A stretch of DNA of 64,000 nt from Atopobiaceae bacterium (GTDB lineage Bacteria > Actinomycetota > Coriobacteriia > Coriobacteriales > Atopobiaceae), in assembly GCA_017513965.1 (NCBI GenBank), contig JAFWMI010000119.1, positions 8,922 through 72,921 of the forward strand, in the 5' to 3' direction. The notes below the pieces were generated by a model that saw only the letters and a program-made list of their open reading frames with translations, ran no database searches and was not told the origin of the DNA. This document shows, piece after piece, positions 18,901 to 26,808 of the stretch (position 1 is its first letter; each line of letters opens with the position of its first letter). The translations under genes and the position numbers were made by a program.

Positions 18901-18926
18901 AGTTTGGTCGCAACGCAGAGGGCTAG
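15924..18926 (+). CDS. 1000-aa multidomain Fe-S flavoprotein (uncharacterised Cys-containing N-domain + 4Fe-4S ferredoxin + GltD-like FAD/NAD(P) oxidoreductase + C-terminal ferredoxin)
   Basis: The motifs in order are EKCVACAGCVEVCPAGA, CKVACPAH...AVCGRVCNKRCEAACTRG (GltD-type N-terminal clusters), KIAIVGAGPAGLTCAYYL and VVVGGGNVAIDAAR (two Rossmann motifs), and CLKCG...KCIGCGLCTTRCEFDAI. The first ~390 aa contain a possible winged-helix-like stretch plus CSC and CNCDVSVC motifs that I cannot assign to a family. Confidence 0.75.
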   Translation: MAASNRPSGKTGRPQQAFGGASIDDRAAAMRAGMTDDDIAVRNVIPTATPNGEPHRMIADEYFSENDTATHWKPATPDEPGPAAHEPLKPGVLREGVKITDRIPIKLHLHKATQDDPEYWGLAAVMTEEEAELLKCLKVREPKTVQQIVDDSKMDPDRVQQLLDDLSYKGIIEFNWENLDGKNPEHARRYVLPRYVPGSAEFTVMNQRLLEEHPEFGTFFERMTFLPLTVATKMVPPGGAGIGMHVIPVEHAINQEYTSASVEHLSHWLKKYDRYAASSCSCALAERARGDNGGRDPQNWCIGIGDMADYLVETGKGHFITYDEVIDILLLAERNGYVHQITNIDGEEKIFAICNCDVSVCYALRTSQLFNTPNMSASAYRAHVDAEKCVACAGCVEVCPAGAVQLGQKIPTTTGSIDYPKQPLPNARKWGEDDWDPNYKNNNRIECHDTGTAPCKVACPAHVSVQGYLRMAAQGRYREALELIKKENPFPAVCGRVCNKRCEAACTRGTVDEAVAIDDVKRFVAQKDLEAEHRFVPEPVIPSTRGRLPEKIAIVGAGPAGLTCAYYLANMGYNPVVFEKSARPGGMLTYGIPSYKLQKDVVDAEIDVMREMGVEIRCGVDVGTDVTLDELREQGFMAFYLAIGCQGGRRANIPGEEAKDVTYAVDFLRTALENPEHEVEGPTVVVGGGNVAIDAARVSVRCGSSKVTMVCLEQRNEMPALPHEIAEAEEDGVEIKCGWGPAAVELDKDGVVRGVTFKRCTSVYGEDGRFAPAYDEDDTMFVPCEHVILSIGQSIEWGTLLEGSSIEVGPGGRIAADEQTYQTAQEDVFVGGDVFTGPRFVIDAIAAGHEAAISLHRFVQKGSSLTVSRNQRHYVELDKTNLSLNPMGYDHAGRVIPACARVETVLHNWDDPSKTFTEEQIRIETARCLKCGASIVDANKCIGCGLCTTRCEFDAIHLTRDVPEASRMWKAEDKVKAILPYAAKRGIRVLKGKFGRNAEG

Positions 18927-18938
18927 CCAAGGCGCGTC

Positions 18939-19283
18939 ATGCACGAGCTGGGGATCGTCTTCCATATGATTGACACCTTGGAGGAGGTAGCGCGCGAGCA
19001 CGAGCTCACGCGCATCTCCTCCGTTACGCTCAACTTGGGCGAGGTATCGGGGGTACTGCCCGACTACCTCATCGACTGCTGGCAATGGGCCGTGAGCAAA
19101 ACCACCACGCTGCAGGGCACCGAGCTCGAGATAGTGCCCATACCTGCCACGACCGTATGCAACGCCTGCGGCAAAACGTATCCAACCGTTGCTCATGGAA
19201 AACGGTGTCCGTACTGTACGAGTACGGACACCGTTCTACTGCATGGCAACGAAATCGAAATCGACACGATAGCGGGCGCATAG
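18939..19283 (+). CDS. hypA: Nickel metallochaperone HypA
   Basis: The MHELGI N-terminus is the Ni site. CNACG...CPYC is the zinc motif. Length is 114 aa. Confidence 0.9.
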   Translation: MHELGIVFHMIDTLEEVAREHELTRISSVTLNLGEVSGVLPDYLIDCWQWAVSKTTTLQGTELEIVPIPATTVCNACGKTYPTVAHGKRCPYCTSTDTVLLHGNEIEIDTIAGA

Positions 19284-19298
19284 CCACGCGTTACGCCG

Positions 19299-20579
19299 CT
19301 AGGCCTCCGCTGCCACCACTTCGCTTGAGGTCGCCTGCGTGGTGGATACCACCGTATCCGCCTGACTCTCTTGCCCACTTGAGCTCGTGTCGGGCGCCTC
19401 AGGCGCAGCAGGCTCCGGCGTGGGCTCCGGCGTGGGCGTGGGCTCCGGCGTGGGCGTGGGCTCCGGCGTGGGCGTGGGTGTGGGCTCCGGCGTCGGCGTG
19501 GGTGTGGGTTCCGGCGTGGGCGTGGGATCCGAAGGCTGTTTGTCATCATCCGAGCCGGAGTCATCGGACTTCCCGTCATCTCCCGAAGGCTTGTCCGGAT
19601 CGGATGGCTTGTCACCGTCCGAAGGCTTGCTATCGTCACCGTCCGAAGGCTTGCTCGTGTCCCCATCGTTCTGAGAATCATTGTTGCCCTGGTTGTTGTT
19701 ATCTTTGTTCTGTTGCTGATCCGTGAAAGTTGACGTTACGTTTGCCCTGGCGCTCTCACGCTCCTTGGCAAGCTGGGCGTCTCGCCGCTCCTTGGCAAGC
19801 TGGGCGAGTTTGTCGGCGCGATCGCTTCGCTCGGGATCCTTGGAGATCCATGAGCGCGCACTCTCAATGAGCTCATCCGATATCGCGCTTCCAGAGAGCT
19901 CGCCAAGTTCCAGAGCCTTCACGTCGGAAGGGAAGTTGACCTCATAGTTCTCCGTGACTTCCACTTGCAAACGGTTCTCTGGAAGGGCATACATGGTGCC
20001 GTCGCTCGCGATGGGTGTTTGAGATACCCATACCTCAAATGTTCCTGCAGGAAGGTTCACGCTCACGCCTTCGTGTGTTACATACGCGGCGTCGTTGTAC
20101 GACGCACCTTGGGGAAGATGTCCCGAGACGCGTATGGGTATGCGCGAGCCGTTTTCGTCAAGTCTGACCGCTCTAATGGGAAGCGCCACTTCGACTTTCT
20201 CTAGCCCGTCATCAAAGCGCCGTTCGCCCGCTATGCGACCGGCACGAACGCCTCCCGTTCCCGTGATTGCCGGCAACGCAAAGGCAACCGCACTCATGAG
20301 CAACACGCATATGCCCACCACAAGCGCAACAAAATGACGACGCTCGCGCGACTTTTGGGCGGCATAGAAAGCCACGTAGGGATCGTTGGGCGGAAGCGCC
20401 ACGTCTTCGTTTGCCGGGCTTCTCCGCGCACGCCTAGACGATGCGGCGTGAGCCGCAACAAAGGCATCGGTATCTCCGCTGGCTGCCGACCTCCCGTGCA
20501 CGGTATGTACGGAAGCGCCACACGCTTCGCAGACCATTGCGCCGTCGGCCAACTCGGCACCACAGTTATCGCAGTACAT
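19299..20579 (-). CDS. Zinc-ribbon membrane protein with conserved extracytoplasmic domain and Pro/Thr-rich tail
   Basis: I chose the ATG at 20579 (AGGGGG upstream). It has MYCDNCGAEL...CEACG, one TM helix (FVALVVGICVLLMSAVAFALP), a domain containing SRIPIRVSG and TPIASDGTMYALP, and then (PTPTPE)n. It is a paralog of 35126-35911. Confidence 0.7.
   Translation of the reverse strand: MYCDNCGAELADGAMVCEACGASVHTVHGRSAASGDTDAFVAAHAASSRRARRSPANEDVALPPNDPYVAFYAAQKSRERRHFVALVVGICVLLMSAVAFALPAITGTGGVRAGRIAGERRFDDGLEKVEVALPIRAVRLDENGSRIPIRVSGHLPQGASYNDAAYVTHEGVSVNLPAGTFEVWVSQTPIASDGTMYALPENRLQVEVTENYEVNFPSDVKALELGELSGSAISDELIESARSWISKDPERSDRADKLAQLAKERRDAQLAKERESARANVTSTFTDQQQNKDNNNQGNNDSQNDGDTSKPSDGDDSKPSDGDKPSDPDKPSGDDGKSDDSGSDDDKQPSDPTPTPEPTPTPTPEPTPTPTPEPTPTPEPTPTPEPTPEPAAPEAPDTSSSGQESQADTVVSTTQATSSEVVAAEA
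19411..19527. repeat. In-frame GC-rich tandem repeat encoding (PTPTPE)n
   Basis: ggctccggcgtgggcgtg-type units are repeated about 6 times inside the CDS above. Further short repeats at 19590-19660 encode KPSDGD units. Confidence 0.85.
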
Positions 20580-20775
20580 GCGACCCCCTATTTGCAATTA
20601 ATCATCCATACGCATGAATAGTCGGATAATACCCCTAACACTCTATCAACACACTGGCAAACTGCGACTTTTCATCATATTATCGCGCATTATGCCGCAG
20701 GTAAAAAGCCATGCACGCACACGCCACCGGGATTCGTGCTAGCATGCACATAGCCTATAGCAGCGAGGAGGTACC

Positions 20776-22452
20776 GTGGACAACGATTCTGATGTCTTCT
20801 CCCGAATCCTTGCCATACTGCGAAGCAAGGGGCTTGTAGTCGCGCTATTGGTACTCGTACTCGCAGGCATTGCCTCACGTGCCTACATGGGTGCCGTTGA
20901 CGCCAAAACAGACATAGACAGCATCATGAACACAGTGATGGTGGCCATCGTGCTGCTCGGCCTTGTGGGTGGCATCGTCTACTACCGCACGTACTTCTCG
21001 GAGCTCTACGAAACTGGTTACGATCCGCCCTTTGGCAAGGCGCCATCCATGCCAGAGCACTACGAGAAGTACTACGAGGGCAAGAAGCTTACGGTCAACG
21101 CGTTTGGCGAGTTGGCGCCCGTAGAAGACCGCTCTGTGCCCAACGCACCACGTGGAGGACAGAGCAGTGCGCCCGCCACGAAGGACAAGGCCAAAAAGAC
21201 GAGCGCCACGCCATCTCCCAAGCTACGCGCAAACACGAGCAAGCACCGTAGCGCTTCGCGCAACCTCAAAAAAGGATCCAAACGCAAGGTGTTCGCCGCG
21301 CCGCAGGCAGGCAAGTCGATCGACACCCAAGTAGAAGTTGGACCACTTCTTCACGAGAATGGCAGCCTCCCCACGCCGAAAGAGCTCTTTGATGCCATGG
21401 GGGCGTACGTTATTGGCCAAGACGACGCGCGTCGCACGCTTTCCGTGGCCGTGTACAACCACTACAAACGCACCATGAACGAATGGCAGCCGCACAGCGA
21501 CGTGGAGATAGCCAAGTCCAATATCCTGCTGCTTGGTCCCACCGGCACCGGCAAGACCCTCATGGTGCAAACGCTCGCACGCATCCTGGACGTGCCACTC
21601 GCCATCGCTGACGCCACCACCCTCACCGACGCCGGGTTTGTAGGCGAAGACGTGGAATCCATCCTGGCCCGTCTCATTCAAGCAGCGGGCAGCAAAGATG
21701 CGGCGGAGCTTGGCATCGTCTACATCGATGAGATAGACAAGATCGCAAAGAACTCAAGCCCTGCGGCGGCCATGCGTGGAGACCCCTCAGGAGAAGGCGT
21801 GCAGGAAGCGCTGCTCAAACTACTTGAGGGTTCCGTGGCGTCCGTTCCGCCACTCGGCGGTCGCAGCAACCTCTTCCAAAAGAACACTCAGCTCGATACC
21901 ACCAACGTGCTGTTCATTTGTGGCGGCGCGTTTGTGGGCCTCGACGAGATCGTACGTCGTCGCGTGGAGAACCACGGCATCGGCTTCGCCTCGTCCAACA
22001 CCGCACTACAGGATCGCACGAGCGACGAGCTGCTCTCGCTCGTGGAACCCCAAGACCTCTATCGCTTTGGGCTCATTCCGGAGCTTGTGGGCCGCATACC
22101 CATTACCACCAGGACAAAGGCACTCAACGTAGAGGCAATGGTGCGCATTCTCACCGAACCTCGCAACGCCATAGTACGCCAGTATCAGGAGCTCTTTGCC
22201 TATGACGGCATCGAACTCGTCTTTGATGACGCGGCACTTCGCGCCATTGGTCAGCTCGCACTCGACCGCGGTACAGGCGCGCGTGGACTACGTTCCATTT
22301 GCGAAGCCATTTTGGAAACGCCCATGTTCGAGCTGCCGGGCAATCCAAACGTGAAGAAAGTCATTGTACACGAGGACTGCGTCACCAACAACGCAACGCC
22401 TGAATACGTGAACACAGCGGAACAGAAGGAAGCTACGGGTGATGTGGCATGA
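20776..22452 (+). CDS. ClpX-like AAA+ unfoldase with N-terminal transmembrane anchor (no zinc-binding domain)
   Basis: GTG start preceded by GAGGAGG. The ClpX core reads LPTPKELFDAMGAYVIGQDDARRTLSVAVYNHYKR, with Walker A LLLGPTGTGKTL, Walker B IVYIDEIDKI and an IGF-type loop HGIGFAS. The N-terminal ~200 aa hold two hydrophobic helices plus a K/S/A-rich linker and contain no Cys. Confidence 0.8.
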   Translation: MDNDSDVFSRILAILRSKGLVVALLVLVLAGIASRAYMGAVDAKTDIDSIMNTVMVAIVLLGLVGGIVYYRTYFSELYETGYDPPFGKAPSMPEHYEKYYEGKKLTVNAFGELAPVEDRSVPNAPRGGQSSAPATKDKAKKTSATPSPKLRANTSKHRSASRNLKKGSKRKVFAAPQAGKSIDTQVEVGPLLHENGSLPTPKELFDAMGAYVIGQDDARRTLSVAVYNHYKRTMNEWQPHSDVEIAKSNILLLGPTGTGKTLMVQTLARILDVPLAIADATTLTDAGFVGEDVESILARLIQAAGSKDAAELGIVYIDEIDKIAKNSSPAAAMRGDPSGEGVQEALLKLLEGSVASVPPLGGRSNLFQKNTQLDTTNVLFICGGAFVGLDEIVRRRVENHGIGFASSNTALQDRTSDELLSLVEPQDLYRFGLIPELVGRIPITTRTKALNVEAMVRILTEPRNAIVRQYQELFAYDGIELVFDDAALRAIGQLALDRGTGARGLRSICEAILETPMFELPGNPNVKKVIVHEDCVTNNATPEYVNTAEQKEATGDVA

Positions 22453-23213
22453 GCTCTTTGACCGTAAAGGGTGTTGAGCTGGGCAATGGCATTCCAAAGA
22501 CCATCGTGTCCCTCATGGGCAGCACGCCCGTCGACATACTCAACGAGGGAAAACGGGCAATCGTCGCAGGAGCAGACTGCCTTGAGTGGCGCGTGGACAT
22601 GGCCTTCGCCAGTATGGATGCCGCCCAACTTGCGCACACCGCACGGGAGCTCGGCAGAGCATTTCCCACCACGCCCCTCGTCACCACGTTTCGCAGCCTG
22701 GGCGAAGGTGGTAACGTCGCGCTCGATGACGGCGGGTATGCGGAACTCCTGCGCACGCTCGTTGATGCGGAAGGCATCGACGTCGTCGACGTAGAGCTCA
22801 ACCGAGGCAAGCAAGTCTATGCCCCGCTGCTTGAGTATGCACATGCAAACGACGTGCTTACCATCCTCTCGCTCCATGACTTCCATGCGACGCCAGAGAC
22901 CAACTGGATGGTCTCGTGTCTTCAACGCATGGCCACGGCAGGTGCGAGCATCTGCAAACTCGCCGTGATGGCAACGTGTCCCGAGGACTGCCTACGTCTT
23001 ATGGCAGCCTCTGCACGCGCGCATGCCCTGGTGGAAACGCCGCTCGTCACTATTGCCATGGGCGCACATGGCTCGCTATCGCGTCTTGCCGGTGAGGTGA
23101 GCGGCAGCGCGCTTACGTTCTGCTCGCTTGAACAAACCTCTGCGCCTGGACAAATTGACCTCAGCCATGCGAGCACCCTCATGGACGAGCTGCACGAGGT
23201 TCTGTTCCCCTGA
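22449..23213 (+). CDS. aroD: Type I 3-dehydroquinate dehydratase
   Basis: IPKTIVSLMG, ADCLEWRVD and SLHDFHATP are present, along with the catalytic-Lys region ICKLAVMA. The start overlaps the clpX-like stop (ATGA). Confidence 0.85.
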   Translation: MSSLTVKGVELGNGIPKTIVSLMGSTPVDILNEGKRAIVAGADCLEWRVDMAFASMDAAQLAHTARELGRAFPTTPLVTTFRSLGEGGNVALDDGGYAELLRTLVDAEGIDVVDVELNRGKQVYAPLLEYAHANDVLTILSLHDFHATPETNWMVSCLQRMATAGASICKLAVMATCPEDCLRLMAASARAHALVETPLVTIAMGAHGSLSRLAGEVSGSALTFCSLEQTSAPGQIDLSHASTLMDELHEVLFP

Positions 23214-23298
23214 GCGGAAGGCGTATTCCAGATGTGAGAGCTGCCACCTGCCGGTGACTCTCTGGGATTGCAAGCGCCGAGGGCTGGTTCGCTGACGA

Positions 23299-24210
23299 CT
23301 ACGCCTCCTTTGTTTGCAGGGCAATGAGGAAGATGGTCGCCACCATGAGCGCAAGACCAACCCAGTCTGCCCATGCAAAGGGAGTTGCCAGCCATAACGC
23401 CGAGATTACCGTTGCGCTCACGGGCTCTGCTGCTCCCAGCATGTTTCCCGCCACAGGGCCCACGATGGATATGCCATGCAAGAACAGCCCGTATGCGCCA
23501 AACGTTCCCACGAGCACCGCAACCGCGAGCACCCCAATTCCAATTGGGTCTATGGCGGGAAGCCCACGAGCAAAGGTTCCCGTAACGCCACAGACCACCA
23601 AACCCGTGAGTCCACCCACGAACATGCCCAGGCCGGTCACCGCAAAGCTGCCCCACCGATCGAAGAGCGGCCGCGGGTACATGGTGTAGAACGTCGCCGC
23701 GGCAGCCGTTGCCAAGCCAAACAACAGTCCCAACAAGGGCAGGTGCAACTGTGTGGAATCGCCATGCGTGGCAATAAGAAACGTGGCGGTTAGCGCGCAG
23801 ACAAGCGCCGCAATCTCTAACGGCCGAGGCACCCTACGCATGCGCACGCAGGTTACTGCCAACACCATAACAATGTTGAGGCTCTGCAGTACGGTTGCCG
23901 TGCCAGCGTTTGTGTATGAAATGGTGGCGGCGTACACCGCTGAGTTAAGAAACAGACCGCATGAGCCAAACACCATCAGGCGTCGCAGCGTTTCGCCATC
24001 GCGCAGCATTTGGAGAATCCGGTCACGCTGCCACGCAAACAGCACCGCCAAAAACACCAACCCAGCTCCAAGCTCGCGTATGGTCGTGAGCAACAGCGCG
24101 TCCATGCGCGTGTTTGCAAACAGGTATTGGACGCACGTGCCAGAGAATCCCCAGGCAACGGCACCGGCCAAGGTAGACACAACGCCTATCGCCATGCTTT
24201 TTGGCTTCAT
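23299..24210 (-). CDS. EamA/DMT family transporter
   Basis: The internal start is MKPKSMAIGVVSTLAGAVAWGFSGT. It has about ten hydrophobic segments and two EamA-like halves. The upstream part of the track ORF overlaps the riboswitch promoter region and was discarded. Confidence 0.75.
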   Translation of the reverse strand: MKPKSMAIGVVSTLAGAVAWGFSGTCVQYLFANTRMDALLLTTIRELGAGLVFLAVLFAWQRDRILQMLRDGETLRRLMVFGSCGLFLNSAVYAATISYTNAGTATVLQSLNIVMVLAVTCVRMRRVPRPLEIAALVCALTATFLIATHGDSTQLHLPLLGLLFGLATAAAATFYTMYPRPLFDRWGSFAVTGLGMFVGGLTGLVVCGVTGTFARGLPAIDPIGIGVLAVAVLVGTFGAYGLFLHGISIVGPVAGNMLGAAEPVSATVISALWLATPFAWADWVGLALMVATIFLIALQTKEA

Positions 24211-24287
24211 CGTACGCACAAACCCTCCCTCGAACCTGCAAGCGCGGCTCATTATACCTTCATGCTGTGCTATGCTACTGCACGTTA

Positions 24288-24423
24288 GTTTCAGGGCGGG
24301 GTGCAATTCCCCACTGGCGGTGATGGAAGCCAAGGATCTTCCGAGCCCGCGTGCCGCATGAGAAAAGAGCGGCTGACTTGGTGAGAACCCAAGGCCAACG
24401 GTTACAGTCCGGATGGAAGAAAC
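24288..24423 (+). promoter_or_regulatory. FMN riboswitch (RFN element)
   Basis: The conserved cores are AGGGCGGGGTGCAATTCCCCACTGGCGGTGA, AGCCCGCG, TTGGTGAGAACCCAAGGCCAACGGT and AGTCCGGATGGAAGAAAC. The P1 helix is gtttc/gaaac. The ribU SD (GGAGG, 24424-24428) directly abuts the 3' strand of P1. Confidence 0.9.
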
Positions 24424-24435
24424 GGAGGTGCCATC

Positions 24436-25026
24436 ATGGCCACCAATCTAAGCTCGTCCACCAATCGTCACGACGCTCATTCAACCACCGCACAGGGATC
24501 GGGATGGAGCACCAAGCGCATTGCCATCACCGCACTGCTGTGCGCGGTCGCTGCCATCTGCACGCTCTTCTTGGAGTTTCCCATTCTCCCGGGGGTCACG
24601 TTCCTCAAATACGACCCTTCCGCCATCATCGCCCTCATCGCCGGATTCGCCTTTGGCCCCGCGACGGGCGTGGTGGTGAGCACCGTCTCGTATTTGCCCC
24701 ACATCGCCACGCAAAGCGGTCTCTATGGCATGGTGATGGCCATTATCGCCACGCTCAGCCTCGTTCTTCCCGCCTCACTTGTATACAGGCGCAACACCAC
24801 CTTTAAGGGCGCGCTCATCGGCATGGGCGTAGGGGCCATCGTGTGCCTCATCTGCTGCATTGCCGCCAACATCGTCATCACCCCCATCTACATGGGCGCT
24901 CCCACACAGACGGTCATCGACATGATCGTGCCTGCGTTGCTGCCCTTCAACGCGGCAAAGATCGCCATCAACTGTGTTGCCTGCGCGCTCATCTACAAGC
25001 CCGTTACCAAGGCGCTTGGAAACTAA
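24436..25026 (+). CDS. ribU: ECF transporter S component, riboflavin type
   Basis: The protein is 196 aa with about 6 TM segments and sits directly behind an FMN riboswitch and ahead of the ECF energizing module. EFPILPGVTFLKYDPS and LPFNAAKIAINCV are typical RibU-like segments. Confidence 0.8.
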   Translation: MATNLSSSTNRHDAHSTTAQGSGWSTKRIAITALLCAVAAICTLFLEFPILPGVTFLKYDPSAIIALIAGFAFGPATGVVVSTVSYLPHIATQSGLYGMVMAIIATLSLVLPASLVYRRNTTFKGALIGMGVGAIVCLICCIAANIVITPIYMGAPTQTVIDMIVPALLPFNAAKIAINCVACALIYKPVTKALGN

Positions 25027-25035
25027 GGAGTCACG

Positions 25036-26808
25036 TTGCAGCAGCCCGTTCATACGCCCATGCTCTCGCTCCACGACGTAACGCTACGTTACGAGAGCGG
25101 TGCACAAGCCCTCGAGCATGTGTCGCTCGAAGTGCGTGAGGGAGAGTGGGTTTGCGTACTCGGCGCCAACGGATCGGGAAAGTCGACCCTGGCGTCGGTG
25201 CTCTGCGGGCTGCTCGCACCAGACGACGGCGTGGTGTCGCTCGTGGGGGAATCCGCGTTTGACTCATCACGAGATGAGCCCATCGATTTTGGGGCCTATC
25301 GTCGCGCACGTCGCAAGCTCGGGCTCGTGTTCCAGAATCCCGATGACCAAATCGTAACCACCGTCGTCGATGAGGACGTTGCATTTGGCCCCGAGAACCT
25401 CGGCGTGCCGTCGGCAGAGATTGGCCTTCGCGTCGAGCGCGAGCTTCGTCGCGTGGCCCTCACGGAATACGCCAAGGCGAATCCCACACGACTCTCTGGA
25501 GGCCAAAAGCAGCGGGTGGCAATCGCAGGCGCACTTGCCCTCGAGCCCAGCGTACTCGTACTCGACGAGCCCGGCTCGCTGCTCGACGTACGCGGACGCA
25601 GGGCCATAATGCGCGTTATGAATCGCCTCCGTGCCACAGGCACGACCATTGTGCACATTACGCATTTTATGGAGGAGGCACTCGAGGCCGACCGCGTAAT
25701 AGTGCTCGATCATGGACATGTGACGCTCGAGGGCTCACCTCAGGAGGTGTTCTCGCACGAGCGCGAGATTGCCGCGCTTGGCTTGGAGGAGCCCTTTGCG
25801 GCGCGTCTGTGTAGGAAGCTTTATCTTCCGTGGACATGCGACGAGGACATCTTGGCAAAAGAGGTGCTGGACTGGGTTTATCCAGCATCGGGCGCCCACA
25901 TGCGCAACGAGCCCACCCATGCAGTGGACCACACGGACCACAAGCCCAGCAGCGCCACCGCAAAGGATATTGTGATGAGTGTGGAGCATGTCTCCTTTGC
26001 GTACGACACCAGCCGTAAGGCGCTCGACGACGTTTCGTTTAGCATTGAGGCAGGGTCCTCGACTGCCGTTGTTGGCCAAACGGGCTCCGGCAAGTCCACG
26101 CTTCTGCGCCTGCTCTGTGCTCTGGAGGCACCTGACGAGGGTATGGTATTAATCAAGGGCATCGATACGAGTCGCAGGCGCAACCGACGCGCGTTGCATG
26201 GCCAAATTGGCTATGTGATGCAGCACCCAGAGCGTCAGCTCTTTGCCGAGACCGTCCTTGAGGACGTGGCGTTTGGCCCCACCAACCTTGGCTTGTCGCA
26301 AAGCGAGGTGGAACGTCGCAGCCATCACGCGTTGGAGCTGGTTGGATTGAGCGGACTGGATGGCGCCTCTCCCTTTGAGCTCTCTGGCGGCCAGCAACGG
26401 CTCTGTGCCATTGCCGGCGTACTCGCTATGGAACCAACGTTGCTTGTGCTTGACGAGCCAACGGCAGGGCTCGATCCGCGGGGGCGACAGGAGCTGCGGC
26501 ACATACTCGACGACATCCATGCTCATGGCGTCACCATCCTGCAGGTAACGCATGCCATGGAGGATGCCGTGCGCGCAGAGCGCGTAATCGTCCTCAACCA
26601 GGCGCGCGTTATGCTGCAGGGCACGCCGTCCGAGGTCTTTTGCGCCAAGAACGAGCAGATGCTCATGGAAGCCGGCCTGGGCCTTCCCCTCCCGCTCAAA
26701 TTCGCCCTCCGGCTCGAAGACGCGGGCGTTCGTTCGCTGGGCGATCCTCTTACCACCAACGCGCTCGCACAGGCGATTGCCAAGAGGGGTGAGTCGTATG
26801 GCGCTTAG
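25036..26808 (+). CDS. Fused EcfA1-EcfA2 energy-coupling factor ATPase (two ABC domains in one chain)
   Basis: TTG start with AAGGAG 6 nt upstream. It has two Walker A motifs (GANGSGKST, GQTGSGKST), two signature motifs (LSGGQKQRVAIA, LSGGQQRLCAIA) and two Walker B motifs (LVLDEP twice). Confidence 0.9.
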   Translation: MQQPVHTPMLSLHDVTLRYESGAQALEHVSLEVREGEWVCVLGANGSGKSTLASVLCGLLAPDDGVVSLVGESAFDSSRDEPIDFGAYRRARRKLGLVFQNPDDQIVTTVVDEDVAFGPENLGVPSAEIGLRVERELRRVALTEYAKANPTRLSGGQKQRVAIAGALALEPSVLVLDEPGSLLDVRGRRAIMRVMNRLRATGTTIVHITHFMEEALEADRVIVLDHGHVTLEGSPQEVFSHEREIAALGLEEPFAARLCRKLYLPWTCDEDILAKEVLDWVYPASGAHMRNEPTHAVDHTDHKPSSATAKDIVMSVEHVSFAYDTSRKALDDVSFSIEAGSSTAVVGQTGSGKSTLLRLLCALEAPDEGMVLIKGIDTSRRRNRRALHGQIGYVMQHPERQLFAETVLEDVAFGPTNLGLSQSEVERRSHHALELVGLSGLDGASPFELSGGQQRLCAIAGVLAMEPTLLVLDEPTAGLDPRGRQELRHILDDIHAHGVTILQVTHAMEDAVRAERVIVLNQARVMLQGTPSEVFCAKNEQMLMEAGLGLPLPLKFALRLEDAGVRSLGDPLTTNALAQAIAKRGESYGA

